From the NCBI GenBank assembly GCA_964291285.2, contig OZ219787.1, forward strand, positions 704,001 to 768,000: DNA of 64,000 nucleotides. Direction: 5' to 3'. This document shows, in pieces, positions 20,328 through 31,000 of this stretch (position 1 is its first letter; every line of letters begins with the position of its first letter). The notes under the pieces were generated by a model, which was not told where the DNA came from, did no database searches, and saw only the letters and a program-made list of their open reading frames with translations. This DNA comes from Alphaproteobacteria bacterium (lineage in GTDB: Bacteria > Pseudomonadota > Alphaproteobacteria > Bin95). The position numbers and the translations under genes were made by a program.

Positions 20328-21311
20328 ATGAGCCGCGATACCAAGCTCGACAAGAAACTGGAGCGGGCCATGGCCACCGCCCCCAAGGGTCTAGCAGAGG
20401 CCGAAATCCCGAACGCCGTTCAACACCGGCGGTCCCTGCCGACGCCGCTCGACATGATCGAAGTCGAAGACCGGCTTCGAGCCGTCGACGAGGCCGCCGT
20501 CGAGCACATCGCGGAGTCCATGGAGCAGCGAGGGCAGATCTACCCGATCCAGATCACCACGATCGAGCCAGGCCAGTTCCGCCTGGTCAACGGCGCCCAT
20601 CGGATCGCCGCAGCCCGGAAGCTTGGCTGGACGCATATCGAGGCGTTCCTGGTCGATGGTCTGGAGGAGGAAGAGGTCCGGCTTCTGGAAATCGACGAGA
20701 ACCTGTGCCGGGCCGAACTCAATGCGATCGACAAGGCCCACTTCTTTGCCAAGCGCAAGGAGATCTACCTGCGCCTGTATCCGGAAACTCGGAACGGGGG
20801 AGACCGCAAGAGCTTGGAATACCGAAATAATATCAGATGGCCGAATCGGCCAACTGATCCCGGCAGCCCAAACTTGCCTGCGAGCCGTCCACGACCGTAT
20901 GCGGAGGATACCGCAGCTTCGACACCGTGGTCCCCCCGCGTCATTCGACGCTACACCCGTATTGGTGAGCGCCTCGACCCCGCGCTCCGCGAGGCTCTTG
21001 CGGCTACCCCAATCGGCCGTCGTACGCGAGACCTCGAGACCATCGCCGACATGAAGCCGGACAAGCAACAGGACGTGCTGCAGCGGCTGCAAACCGCGCA
21101 ACAGCCTCCGACGTCCCTGTCGGCTCTCATGGCGGACCCCTACCGGCCGTCCTCTCCCCGAAAGACGAACCTGGACCGGCTGACCGCGCTCTGGTCGGAG
21201 ACCTCCGCGAGCCACCGGCGCCAATTCCTCGAATATCTCTGCAACGAAGCTTCCGAAGCCGAACGCGACGAGCTCCGTAAAGCACTCACCAACCAGGGAG
21301 ACTCCTCATGA
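20328..21311 (+). CDS. ParB N-terminal-domain protein 1
   Basis: LVNGAHR, EIDENLCRAEL, YPETRNGGDRKS and HTH-like region. Confidence 0.88.
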   Translation: MSRDTKLDKKLERAMATAPKGLAEAEIPNAVQHRRSLPTPLDMIEVEDRLRAVDEAAVEHIAESMEQRGQIYPIQITTIEPGQFRLVNGAHRIAAARKLGWTHIEAFLVDGLEEEEVRLLEIDENLCRAELNAIDKAHFFAKRKEIYLRLYPETRNGGDRKSLEYRNNIRWPNRPTDPGSPNLPASRPRPYAEDTAASTPWSPRVIRRYTRIGERLDPALREALAATPIGRRTRDLETIADMKPDKQQDVLQRLQTAQQPPTSLSALMADPYRPSSPRKTNLDRLTALWSETSASHRRQFLEYLCNEASEAERDELRKALTNQGDSS

Positions 21312-21586
21312 CCACCCTTGCCGAAATTGACGCACGCATTCACCAGCCGGGCCTGACCGTGCTGGACCAGGTCGAGCTGCTGATGCAGCGCAAGCGCGCC
21401 TACTACGCCCATTCCCCCACGATAACCCCTCACGAGCTGATCGAGGCCGTGGACAACCGTCCTGATCTGCAGCCTCTCGACGGCGCCCTGCTCCTGCGGC
21501 TGATGCGAAACGCATGCCGCGGCACCCTGACGTCCGCCGAGCTGGAAGAAATCCTCGACGAGCTCGAACGGGCAGAGAAAGACTGA
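21308..21586 (+). CDS. Small ParB-fragment-like protein
   Basis: Coupled at both ends (ATGA, TGATG); LAEIDARIHQPGLTVLDQVELLMQRKRAYY aligns by eye with LLEIDENLMRAELNPLDRGVFLARRKEIYE of its neighbour. Confidence 0.6.
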   Translation: MTTLAEIDARIHQPGLTVLDQVELLMQRKRAYYAHSPTITPHELIEAVDNRPDLQPLDGALLLRLMRNACRGTLTSAELEEILDELERAEKD

Positions 21587-22488
21587 TGGACGCCCCGGCT
21601 GCCACCCCCGTCGTCATGCGGGAGGAGCCGCGCCAGACGGTCCTCCTGGAGCTGGACCGCATCGATCTCGGCCAGCGTCTCCGGACGATAAACGGCGGCA
21701 CCGTCCAGCACCTTGCGGAAAGCATGAAGATCCACGGTCTCCAGTATCCGATCCAGGTGCGCATGGACGGCGACCGCTATGCGCTGGTCTCCGGCGCTCA
21801 CCGGCTTCAAGCCGCGCGCCACCTCGCCTGGCCGCATATCGAGGCTTTCGTCCTCGACCTGCTCGACGAGGACACGCTGGCGCTGCTGGAGATCGACGAG
21901 AACCTGATGCGCGCCGAGCTCAACCCGCTCGACCGCGGCGTCTTCCTCGCGCGGCGCAAGGAGATCTACGAGCGGCTCTATCCGGAGACCCGGCGCGGCG
22001 GCGACCGGCGAAGCTCCGCCTACCAGGGCCAGAACGACGACGGCTCACACCGCGGCTTCGTCGCGGAGACCGCGTCCTTCACGCCGTTCTCTCCCTGGAC
22101 GATCCGCCGGGCGCTGCGCATCGGAGAGAAGATCGCCCCCGAGCTCCGCGAAGAGATCGCCATGACGGCCATCGCCTACCGAGAAGGTGACCTCTTCACC
22201 ATTTCCGGAATGGACAGTGAAGAGCAGGACCGCCTTCTGGAGGACCTCCAGAGCGCCGAACAGGAAGTCCAGGCGCTGTCCGACGTGCATCCGCGAAGAG
22301 AGCCCACCGAAAACCCGAACCCGGCGCCTGACCCGTCCTCCAACGACGAGCCGGCGCCGGAAAAGACGACGCTCGAGCGCCTGCAGACGCTATGGATCGC
22401 AGCCAGCGAGGATGAACAGGCGCAGTTCATGGCCTGGCTCGAACACATGACCGGGCAGGGCAGCGCCGAGCAGCCCGCGGCGTGCTGA
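21586..22488 (+). CDS. ParB N-terminal-domain protein 2
   Basis: LVSGAHR, EIDENLMRAEL and YPETRRGGDRRS; clear paralog of 20328..21311. Confidence 0.88.
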   Translation: MDAPAATPVVMREEPRQTVLLELDRIDLGQRLRTINGGTVQHLAESMKIHGLQYPIQVRMDGDRYALVSGAHRLQAARHLAWPHIEAFVLDLLDEDTLALLEIDENLMRAELNPLDRGVFLARRKEIYERLYPETRRGGDRRSSAYQGQNDDGSHRGFVAETASFTPFSPWTIRRALRIGEKIAPELREEIAMTAIAYREGDLFTISGMDSEEQDRLLEDLQSAEQEVQALSDVHPRREPTENPNPAPDPSSNDEPAPEKTTLERLQTLWIAASEDEQAQFMAWLEHMTGQGSAEQPAAC

Positions 22489-22604
22489 CAGACGCACACC
22501 GGCCAGGCAGATCCATGTATTCACCCCTTGCATCCGCAGCCGCGACGCGCTATGGTCCCTTCCTGATCGAGGCGCCCTCCAGGTCCGCTGCGGACGCCGA
22601 AAAA

Positions 22605-22679
22605 ATCAAAGTAGGTAAAACCCTCACTTTGATTTTCTGGCCCCGACCCGATCAAAGTTGGTACAACCCTCACTTTGAT
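22605..22679. repeat. Two 29-bp palindromes ATCAAAGT-N13-ACTTTGAT (candidate parS/operator)
   Basis: Units at 22605-22633 and 22651-22679, 46-bp period, similar spacers, AT-rich, just after the parB genes. Confidence 0.8.
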
Positions 22680-22828
22680 TTTTCCCGCGCGGGACGCGCC
22701 GGCCTTCCGGTATTGGAGACGCGCCTGTTCCGTTTTTGTGCTCGCCGATGCCGCCTGCCCGGGGCAGGATCCGGACACAACGACTTCACACGCAGGCCGT
22801 TCCCGGTGCGCTCATGGCCCGGGTCAGT

Positions 22829-23089
22829 TCACGTCAGCACGCGAAGCGCCGCCTCCGGCGCCTTGTCAAGCACCCGCAGCAGGGCGCGCGCTGCCCCGGT
22901 CGGGCAGCGCTTCCCCTGCTCCCAATTCCGGATCGTTTCCAGCGACACGTCGATGCGCCGCGCAAGTTCCGTCTGGCTAAGGCCCATCCGGCGCCGGACC
23001 CGGCGTGTGTAGCGTGCCATGTCCTGCAACGCTTCAGCCTCGTCTTCCCGCTCCTGCGCCGCAATCTCCGCTTCCGTGGTTCCGTCCAC
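22829..23089 (-). CDS. XRE/HigA-like helix-turn-helix regulator
   Basis: RRRMGLSQTELARRIDVSLETIRNWEQGKR.PTGAARALLRVL; frame stays open further upstream (IDPDDPSTFPEGRID), start uncertain. Confidence 0.85.
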   Translation of the reverse strand: MDGTTEAEIAAQEREDEAEALQDMARYTRRVRRRMGLSQTELARRIDVSLETIRNWEQGKRCPTGAARALLRVLDKAPEAALRVLT

Positions 23090-23195
23090 CCTGGCCGGAT
23101 CGATCCGCCCTTCGGGGAATGTGGATGGATCGTCGGGATCGATCCTGATGCACGTTGCGCTGACAGCCCGCGACCTCCCTGGGGTTCTTCCAGCG

Positions 23196-23774
23196 TCAGG
23201 GCCAGAGCGCGCCCAGCGGGAAGGTCACTGCCTCGAAGGGCGGAAAGCGTACCGGCTCGTCTTCCTGCGCAGCGCCCGTCGGCGTCCAGGCACCGTCCTT
23301 CAGCACGAATGCCTCCAGCGTCCTGGCCGCCGGATCGACGAACCAGAGGTGACGGACACCCTCCCGCGCATAGACCGGGCGCTTTTCTTCAAGATCGAAC
23401 GTCCGCGTCGAAGGGGAAAGAATCTCGCACACCCAGTCAGGCGCCAGGGTGATGTAGGCCTCGTCAGGCGGTTCGGGCATCCGCTCCCGCCGCCAGCCGG
23501 CAAGATCGGGCACCAGGACGTCCTCGCCGAAATGGAGCTCGGGCTCGTCGACGATCCACCATCCGCCAGGACCGCCACGCCCCCTCTGGAACGGGCCGCC
23601 GATTTCGATACCGAGCGAGGAACCGGCTATGGCGTGACGAAAGGCCGGCCTCGGCTGCATATGCAGGGCGCCTTCGACGATCTCCGCGACCATATGCGCC
23701 GGCGCGTCCAATACGTCCTGGTAGTTGGCCCTGCGGGCCGGACCGCGCCGTCGCAACGCCCCCTGGGCATTCAT
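23196..23774 (-). CDS. Uma2-family endonuclease-like protein
   Basis: AEIVEGAL..PRP..H, LVPDLAGW, APDWVCEILSPST and YAREGV.HLWFVDP motifs. Confidence 0.92.
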   Translation of the reverse strand: MNAQGALRRRGPARRANYQDVLDAPAHMVAEIVEGALHMQPRPAFRHAIAGSSLGIEIGGPFQRGRGGPGGWWIVDEPELHFGEDVLVPDLAGWRRERMPEPPDEAYITLAPDWVCEILSPSTRTFDLEEKRPVYAREGVRHLWFVDPAARTLEAFVLKDGAWTPTGAAQEDEPVRFPPFEAVTFPLGALWP

Positions 23775-24067
23775 GCCATCAACTCCGGTGGTGAGCGCCG
23801 ACCCCATGCTACGCCCGCATCGCCCGCCTGTCACGGTCACCACGATATCGCTGCGGCGTTCCGGGCCGGGCATTCATCCCCTCGGCCGGGAAGCTCTTCA
23901 AGCCCGGGCATTCCCTGTTTTCGCCAGCATTCCCACTCCCGACCGAAAGGGGAAGCGGACCGACACGCTACCTGGCATGACGTCAACGAACAGGCACCCA
24001 TGAACACGGAAACCGGCAGGCAGCCCTGCCCGCCACCACTCTCACGCCCTCCCAACAGGTACACCAG

Positions 24068-24550
24068 ATGTCCCGCAGCTTACCCCTCCCGGAATCCCCC
24101 GACTTCCCGTCGCGCTTCCGCCGCCTTACCGCCCTGCAGCAGGCACAGGCCCTTGCCCAGGGTAAACGCCGTCACGAACGCAAATACGGGACACCGCCCC
24201 GCGGCGGCGATCGCCAGTCCGCAGCGTTTCGTGCACTTCGAGAACAAGAGGGCCATCGGCCCGATTACTCCCGTCCCGACCGGTGCGGCTTCACCAACTT
24301 CGTCGCCTGGCGTCTCGGATGCACTCCACGATCCATCCAGATCGCCGTGCGAATGGCCGAACGGATCCCCACGCCGCTGCAGGCCGCGCTCGCCAAAACC
24401 GCCATTGGGAACCGGAAGAAGGACCTGGTCCGGATCACCGCCATGAGCCCGCGACAACACACCGACCTTCTCCAGAGGCTGAAGGACGGACCGGTAGCCC
24501 TCACGCTCGACGAGGCTCTCGCATCACCGAAAAGCGCCGAAGCAGCATGA
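24068..24550 (+). CDS. ParB-derived protein lacking the N-terminal domain
   Basis: LTALQQA..KRRHERKYG..RGGDRQS..LGCTPRSIQ.AVRMAERI..LQAALAKTAIG..KDL aligns with the middle of both ParB paralogs. Confidence 0.7.
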   Translation: MSRSLPLPESPDFPSRFRRLTALQQAQALAQGKRRHERKYGTPPRGGDRQSAAFRALREQEGHRPDYSRPDRCGFTNFVAWRLGCTPRSIQIAVRMAERIPTPLQAALAKTAIGNRKKDLVRITAMSPRQHTDLLQRLKDGPVALTLDEALASPKSAEAA

Positions 24551-25119
24551 CCGTAACCACCCGCCTCACACCAGGGCCCCCACCAACGATGAACACGCCG
24601 GACCCCGTCGACATTCTGATTGCCGATGGCGTCGACCACGCATTCCGCCAGCTTTCGCTCGCGCTTGAACAGCGCGTCCCCGCGCTCCTGATCGCCATGC
24701 CCGGCGAAAGCACCCGCCGATGCTGGCAGATAGCCTCTGGCTGGGCCCAGGCAATCGGCGCTTCCTCCCATGACATCGACATTCCCACTCTTGGCGGCGT
24801 TGAGGCCTTGAAGGAAGCGGAACGCCAGGTCCCGGACAACCAGGTCCTCATTCTCAGCCGGCTGCACCTTGCCGAAGACAACGAGCGCGACGCCGCGTCG
24901 CGCCTTGCCAGCGGGCGCGCAATGCGCGGCGCCCCCGTCGTTCTCTCCGGTCGCCGCGACCTCACGGGCGCCTGGACAAGCGAAAGGGACGATTTCGTTC
25001 CCACCATCCGACACGCCTCCGATGACGACGATCCACGCTTCCCGGCCCCTACCGAACTCGTCCTGCCACCCGGCCCCCGGCCTGGCAGCGCTCCCCCGGA
25101 AGAGGAAGCGACATCATGA
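24547..25119 (+). CDS. Hypothetical protein, possibly a degenerate AAA/ExeA-like fold
   Basis: ATGA-coupled; LLIAMPGESTRR, VLILSRLHL and PVVLSGRRDL sit where Walker A, Walker B and sensor motifs would be. Confidence 0.5.
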   Translation: MTVTTRLTPGPPPTMNTPDPVDILIADGVDHAFRQLSLALEQRVPALLIAMPGESTRRCWQIASGWAQAIGASSHDIDIPTLGGVEALKEAERQVPDNQVLILSRLHLAEDNERDAASRLASGRAMRGAPVVLSGRRDLTGAWTSERDDFVPTIRHASDDDDPRFPAPTELVLPPGPRPGSAPPEEEATS

Positions 25120-25304
25120 GGTTCATAGCCCCGCCGAAGGAACCCCCACCGCCCGTGAGCGAGCTCCTCCTCGAGCTCATCAACGCATACCCCTTCATCT
25201 TCTACCCGACCCTTGTCATCGTCTTCCTGGCGGCCGCCGCGTTCGCGCTCACATTGCTCGACCAACGCCGCCGGCGCCGGGCCCAAGCGCGCGCCGATGG
25301 CTGA
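25116..25304 (+). CDS. Small single-TM membrane protein
   Basis: Coupled to neighbours; one hydrophobic helix followed by an Arg run. Confidence 0.55.
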   Translation: MRFIAPPKEPPPPVSELLLELINAYPFIFYPTLVIVFLAAAAFALTLLDQRRRRRAQARADG

Positions 25305-25482
25305 CAAGACCCGGATCGAGCGGTCGGACGCGACCTGGAACGCCGGCGCGGATGCACTCGACGGACCGCACTGGTGGATCGAGGAGAACCTCTGCTCCGT
25401 TTGCGCCACGAAGATGCAGGCCGCAGCAGACCCCGCCTATGCGGGCCTCTATGCCGACGACGGTCCGCCGGAACTTCCGTGA
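25297..25482 (+). CDS. Hypothetical protein with CxxC
   Basis: Overlapping start; MADKTRIERS...CSVC. Confidence 0.45.
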   Translation: MADKTRIERSDATWNAGADALDGPHWWIEENLCSVCATKMQAAADPAYAGLYADDGPPELP

Positions 25483-26636
25483 CCGGAAATCACCCGAACC
25501 CAGGAGTTTGAGGGAAGCCTCTTCGAGGCGAACCGAACAGACGGAGGCTATCATGGACGCCGCGACACTGCCGGACACCGACGAGCTCCTCCCGCCCGTC
25601 GCCCACACCATCTGGGACATGAAATACCGCTTCAAGGAGCGGGACGGCACGCCGATCGACCGGACGATGAACGACACCCGCCTGCGCGTTGCCCGGGCGT
25701 TGGCCGCGAACGACACCGAAGTGGAGATGTTCACCGACGGCATGCGCGGCTGGAAATTCCTCCCGGCCGGCCGGATCCTCGCCGGCGCCGGCACCGACCG
25801 GCAGGTCACCCTCATCAACTGCTTCGTGCTGGGCCAGATCGACGACAGCCTCTCCGGCATCCTGGACGGACTGAAGGACGCGGCCACCACCATGCAGGCC
25901 GGAGGCGGCATCGGCCACGACTTCTCGACGCTGCGTCCGAAAGGCGCACCGGTGCAACGCGTCGGCGCCGATGCCTCGGGCCCGCTGTCCTTCATGAACA
26001 TGTGGGACTCGATGTGCCGGACAATCATGAGCGCCGGCAGCCGCAGGGGCGCGATGATGGGGACGATGCGCGTCGACCATCCCGACATCGAGGACTTCAT
26101 CGACGCCAAGCGCGAGGCTGACCGCCTGCGCATGTTCAACCTCTCCGTGCTGGTCACCGACCAGTTCATGGACGCGGTCAGGAAAGACGGACCGCACGCG
26201 CTCTTCTTCGGCGGCCAGGTCTATCGCACCGTCCGGGCCCGCGACCTCTGGGACCGCATCATGCGCGCGACCTATCCCGACTTCCGCAACTCGGCTTGAG
26301 AATCGACTGATTTGACGGTTTTCCGGCGCGAGAAGTGTCGGATTTCGGTGCAGTACCTCTCGGGACCGGCTTGTAGTGCCGACCTACCCCCTTGATCGGG
26401 CTGGCGAAGATCCGGACGCTGCGCTGATGTTCGTGCGCTGCAAGAGACGCTTCAAGGACGGCAAGGAGCACCGCTACTGGAGCGTTGTGGAGAACGTCCG
26501 GGTCCACGGCGGTCGGGTTGTTCAGCGTCAGGTGCTCTATCTCGGGGAGATCAACGACAGCCAGCGAGCGGCGTGGTGCCGCTCGATCGAGGTGGTGGAG
26601 GGCAAGTCGCGATCACGGCAGATGGCGCTGTTTCCC

Positions 26637-28088
26637 GGTCGTGTCCCCAGGGGTGGTGTAGGAGCTGAAGCTTCCGGTGGTAGCTGTGGGTAAGTGGCCC
26701 GCCGCCGCGACCGTCTGGAGTCAGGCGGCGGCGGGCCACTTACCCACAGCGGAGGCCATCGCGGTGCCGGTTAGGGTTGGGCTGTCACAGTCCACCTGAC
26801 CGGAGGAGTACCACGATGACCACCACCGACATGATGACCCTGCGGGCGCTGTTGGAGAAGAGTTCCGACGCCGACCTGCTTCGCGAGATGATCGGGTTCA
26901 CGGCCGCGCGTCTGATGGCGCTTGAGGTTGAGGGCCTTGCGGGCGCCGCGCACGGCGAGCGCTCGCCGGACCGGATCACGCAGCGCAACGGCTACCGGGA
27001 CCGGGTCTGGGAGACGCGGGCCGGCACGGTCGAACTGAAGATCCCGAAGCTGCGCAAGGGGAGCTACTTCCCGGGCTTCCTTGAACCGCGGCGGATGGCG
27101 GAGAAGGCGCTGACGGCGGTGATCCAGGAGGCCTACATCAAGGGCGTATCGACCCGCTCGGTGGACGACCTGGTGCAGGCGATGGGCATGTCGGGCATCT
27201 CCAAGAGCCAGGTGTCGCGGCTGTGCGGCGAGATCGACGACAAGATCCGCGACTTCCTCGACCGGCCGCTGGAGGGCGACTGGCCGTATCTCTGGCTTGA
27301 CGCGACCTATGTGAAGATGCGCGAGGCCGGGCGCGTCGTCTCGGTCGCGGTCACCATCGCGGTGGCGGTCAACGATCAGGGCCGGCGCGAGGTGCTCGGC
27401 ATGGCGATCGGCGCGTCCGAGGCCGAGACCTTCTGGACCGACTTCCTGCGCTCGCTCGCCCGCCGCGGCCTGCGCGGCGTCAAGCTGGTGATCTCCGACG
27501 ACCACAAGGGCCTGAAGGCCGCCGCCACCCGCATCTTCGGCGCCACCTGGCAGAGATGCCGCGTCCACTTCATGCGCAACCTGCTCGCCCATGCCGGCAA
27601 GCAGGGCCGGCGCGTCGTCTCCGCCTTCGTCACTACCGCCTTCGCCCAGGAGGATGCAGACAGCGCCTCCGCCCAGTGGCGCCAGGTCGCCGACCAGCTC
27701 AGGCCCAAGGCGCCAAAGCTCGCCGCCATCATGGACGAGGCCGAGCACGATGTTCTCGCCTACATGACCTTCCCGGCCGCGCACCGCGCCAAGCTGCACT
27801 CGACAAACCCGCTCGAACGCCTCCACGGCGAGATCAAGCGGCGCACAAACACCGTCGGCATCTTCCCCAACGAGGACGCCATCACCCGGCTGATCGGCGC
27901 AATCCTGCTCGAGCAGAACGATGAATGGGCAGTCCAGAGAGCCAGATACATGACGCTGGAATCCATCGCTCCCGTGAGCGACAATACAACCGTCAAGTTG
28001 CCCGCCGTGGCAGCCTGAGCGTTCCGGCCCTACCCGCCGGACACCGCTACGGACGCCAGGCTCTTACACCACCCGCGGGGGCACGATC
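26637..28088 (+). mobile_element. IS256-family element nested in IS1634
   Basis: Imperfect IRs GGTCGTGTCCCCAGGGGTGGTGTA vs GATCGTGCCCCCGCGGGTGGTGTA; 9-bp duplication CTGTTTCCC (26628-36, 28089-97). Confidence 0.93.
26816..28018 (+). CDS. IS256 transposase
   Basis: [31 protein letters not shown] and STNPLER motifs; appears intact. Confidence 0.96.
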   Translation: MTTTDMMTLRALLEKSSDADLLREMIGFTAARLMALEVEGLAGAAHGERSPDRITQRNGYRDRVWETRAGTVELKIPKLRKGSYFPGFLEPRRMAEKALTAVIQEAYIKGVSTRSVDDLVQAMGMSGISKSQVSRLCGEIDDKIRDFLDRPLEGDWPYLWLDATYVKMREAGRVVSVAVTIAVAVNDQGRREVLGMAIGASEAETFWTDFLRSLARRGLRGVKLVISDDHKGLKAAATRIFGATWQRCRVHFMRNLLAHAGKQGRRVVSAFVTTAFAQEDADSASAQWRQVADQLRPKAPKLAAIMDEAEHDVLAYMTFPAAHRAKLHSTNPLERLHGEIKRRTNTVGIFPNEDAITRLIGAILLEQNDEWAVQRARYMTLESIAPVSDNTTVKLPAVAA

Positions 28089-31000
28089 CTGTTTCCCGAG
28101 GACCGGGAGGCGCCGGCGCTGACTTGCGAAGTGGTGAAGATCGACCTCTCGCAGGTGGCGCTTCACGACCCGCGCCAGTGGGGGGCGTGCTGGCTGGCGC
28201 TGTCCTTGTGGGACCGCCTGGACCTGGACCGCTTCTGGGAAGAGCGGCTGCCGGCGAGCCGGCAAGGCACGCGGTGGCTGGACATCCTGAAGATCCAGGT
28301 CTGCTACCGGCTGATCGACCCGGGCAGCGAGTGGCGCCTTCACCGTCACTGGTATGAGCACAGCGCGCTTCGCGATCTTCTGGGTGGCGAGCGGGCGATC
28401 GCCGACGACACACTCTATCGCTGTCTCGACAAGCTGCTGGCGCACAAGCAGGGCTTCTTCTCGTTTCTGCGCGACCGCTGGGCGACGCTGTTCGAGGCGC
28501 GCTTCGACGTGCTGCTCTACGACCTGACCTCGACCTACTTCGAGAGCGATCCGCCGTTCGATGACAAGCGCCGCTTCGGCTACAGCCGGGACAAGCGGCC
28601 CGACTGCGTGCAGGTGGTGATCGCCCTGATCGTTACGCCGCAGGGCTTTCCGCTGGCCTATGAGGTGATGCCGGGCAACACCTCCGACGACACCACGCTG
28701 GCGGCGTTCCTCAAGAAGATCGAGGATCAGTATGGCCGCTCCGAGCGGGTGTGGATCATGGACCGCGGCATCCCCACCGAGGAGACGCTGGCCGCGATGC
28801 GCGAGGGCGAGGCGCCGGTGCGCTACCTGGTGGGCACGCCCAAGGGCCGGCTGACGCGGCTCGAGAAGGTGTTCCTGGGCCTGCCCTGGCAGGAGGTGCG
28901 CCAGTCCGTGACTGTCAAGCTTCTGGTCGAGGATGGCGAGCTCTACGTCCTGGTGCGCAGCGAGGGGCGGCAGGTGAAGGAACGCGGCATGCGCCGGCGC
29001 CGGCTGAAGAGGCTGTGGCGTCGATTGGCCGAGTTGCAAGGGCAGTCGAACAGCCGGGATCAGTTGTTGCTCAAGCTCGGCGCCGCCAGGAAGGAGGCCG
29101 GCCGGGCCTGGAGCCTGGTCGACATCACCGTGCCCGGGACCGACAGCGAACTCGCCGCCAACGGCTTCTCATTCCGCCTGCAGCGCGACCGGCTGCGCCA
29201 GGTCCGCCGCCGCGAGGGCCGTTACCTGCTGCGATCCAACATGGTCGCCGAAGACCCCGCCACGCTGTGGCATCTGTACATGCAGCTCGTCGAGATCGAG
29301 CAGGCGTTCAAGGAACTCAAGCACGACCTCGCGATCCGCCCCATCTTCCATCAGCGCCAAGAGCGCATCGAGGCGCATATCTTCGTCTCGTTCATCGCCT
29401 ACTGCCTGCTGGTGACCCTGAAGAACCTCGCCCGGCCGCGCGCCCCGGGCCTCACCCCACGCGCCATCCTTGAGGCCTTCGCCACCATCCAGATGGTGGA
29501 CGTCCATCTGCCAACCACCGACGGCCGGCACCTCGTCCTGCCGCGCCACACCCGGCCGAACAAGGAGCACGAGCTACTGCTGCAACAGCTCGGCATGACC
29601 TGGCCGCAGCAACCCGCACCCCGGATCTCCGCCTGACGGCACACGGCGCCGCCTCTCCGTTCGCCGCCTTGTAGTGCCGACCCTCGGGGAGACGATCAAG
29701 GCTATTCAATGAGTTAGCATCCTCATGACCCCCGAGTTGCGGAAGTCGGGCTATGACTGCGCCGAGCCCGGGGTGATCTTCATCGACCGGATCAACGCCA
29801 CGAACAATCTCCGGCACTGCGAGACGATCTACGCGACCAACCCCTGCGGCGAGCAGCCCCTGCCGGACTGGGGCTCGTGCCTGCTGGGCTCGATCAATCT
29901 GGCCGCCTTCGTCAACGCGCCCTTCGAGGACGGCACCCATATCAACGAAGCCGACCTCGCCTGGACGGTCGCCACGGCCGTCCGGATGCTCGACCGCGTT
30001 GTCGACCGGTCCTTCTATCCCCTCGAGCAGCAACGCGAGGAAGCCTTGTCCAAGCGCCGCCTCGGCCTCGGCATCACCGGCCTGGCCGACGCGCTCGCGT
30101 TCATGGGCATCCGCTACGGCTCGGATCTCGCCGTTGAACGCACCCGGGACCTCGTCTCCATGCTGCAGACGGCCGCATACCGCGCCAGCGCCGTCCTCGC
30201 CGGTGAAACGGAGCCCTATCCCTTATGGGACCTCGAGCGATTCCTGCAGACGGACACCGCGCAGCAGCTCGACGCGCAGACGCTGGACTTCATCCGGAGC
30301 AACGGCCTTCGCAACTCGCACCTCACCTCGGTCGCGCCGACCGGCACCATCTCGCTGATCGCGGGCAATGTTTCCGGCGGGATCGAGCCCGTCTTCGCGC
30401 ACAGCTACACGCGCCGGGTCCTGCAACCGGACGACAGCCACACCGAAGAGCAGGTCCTTTCGGCCTCGATGGCGCTCTGGCGCCGGATGAAGGGCGACGA
30501 GCCGCCTCCGGACCATTTCGTCAACGCCGGCACGATCACACCCAAGGAGCACATCCGGATGCAGGCCGCGGCGCAGGCCCATATCGACAGCGCCGTCTCC
30601 AAGACCGTGAACCTGCCCAGGGACATCTCCTTCGACGACTTCAAGGAAGTCTACCGCCTCGCCTATGTGTCCGGCTGCAAGGGCTGCACCACCTACCGGC
30701 CGAACGACATCACCGGCGCGGTCCTGGTCGCGGACGGCGACAGGCAGGACGGGCCAACCCCGACGATCATGGACCGGCCGCCGGTCCTGGACGGCCAGAC
30801 CCGCAAGGTCAGCTGGCCCGGAAGCGAGCACGCCTTCTACCTGGTCCTGAACCACTCGCAGGATGCGGACGGCACGAAGCGCCCCTTCGAGATCTTCATC
30901 AACACGAAGGACGCCCGCCACCATGCCTGGATCACCGCCATCACGCGGATGATCTCGGCCGTCTGGCGCCGGCAGGGCGATGTCGGCTTCGTTTCCGAGG

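Larger units (their letters stand above)
26427..29636 (+). pseudogene. IS1634 transposase interrupted by IS256
   Basis: MFVRCKRRFKDGKEHRYWS...QMALFP|EDREAP rejoins in frame; LYDLTSTYFE, GYSRDKRPD, IMDRG and IEQAFKELK motifs. Confidence 0.92.
26276..29750 (+). mobile_element. IS1634-family element
   Basis: Perfect 19-bp IRs CCCGACTTCCGCAACTCGG; 4-bp target duplication CTAT (26272-75, 29751-54). Confidence 0.93.

Noticed and set aside
23019-24446. 475-aa plus-strand ORF
   Set aside because: Overlaps Uma2 antisense and the ParB-like gene out of frame; no motifs.
26276-29750. Intron or intein in nrdJ
   Set aside because: Terminal IRs, a target duplication and a DDE transposase identify an IS; no RT or splicing motifs.
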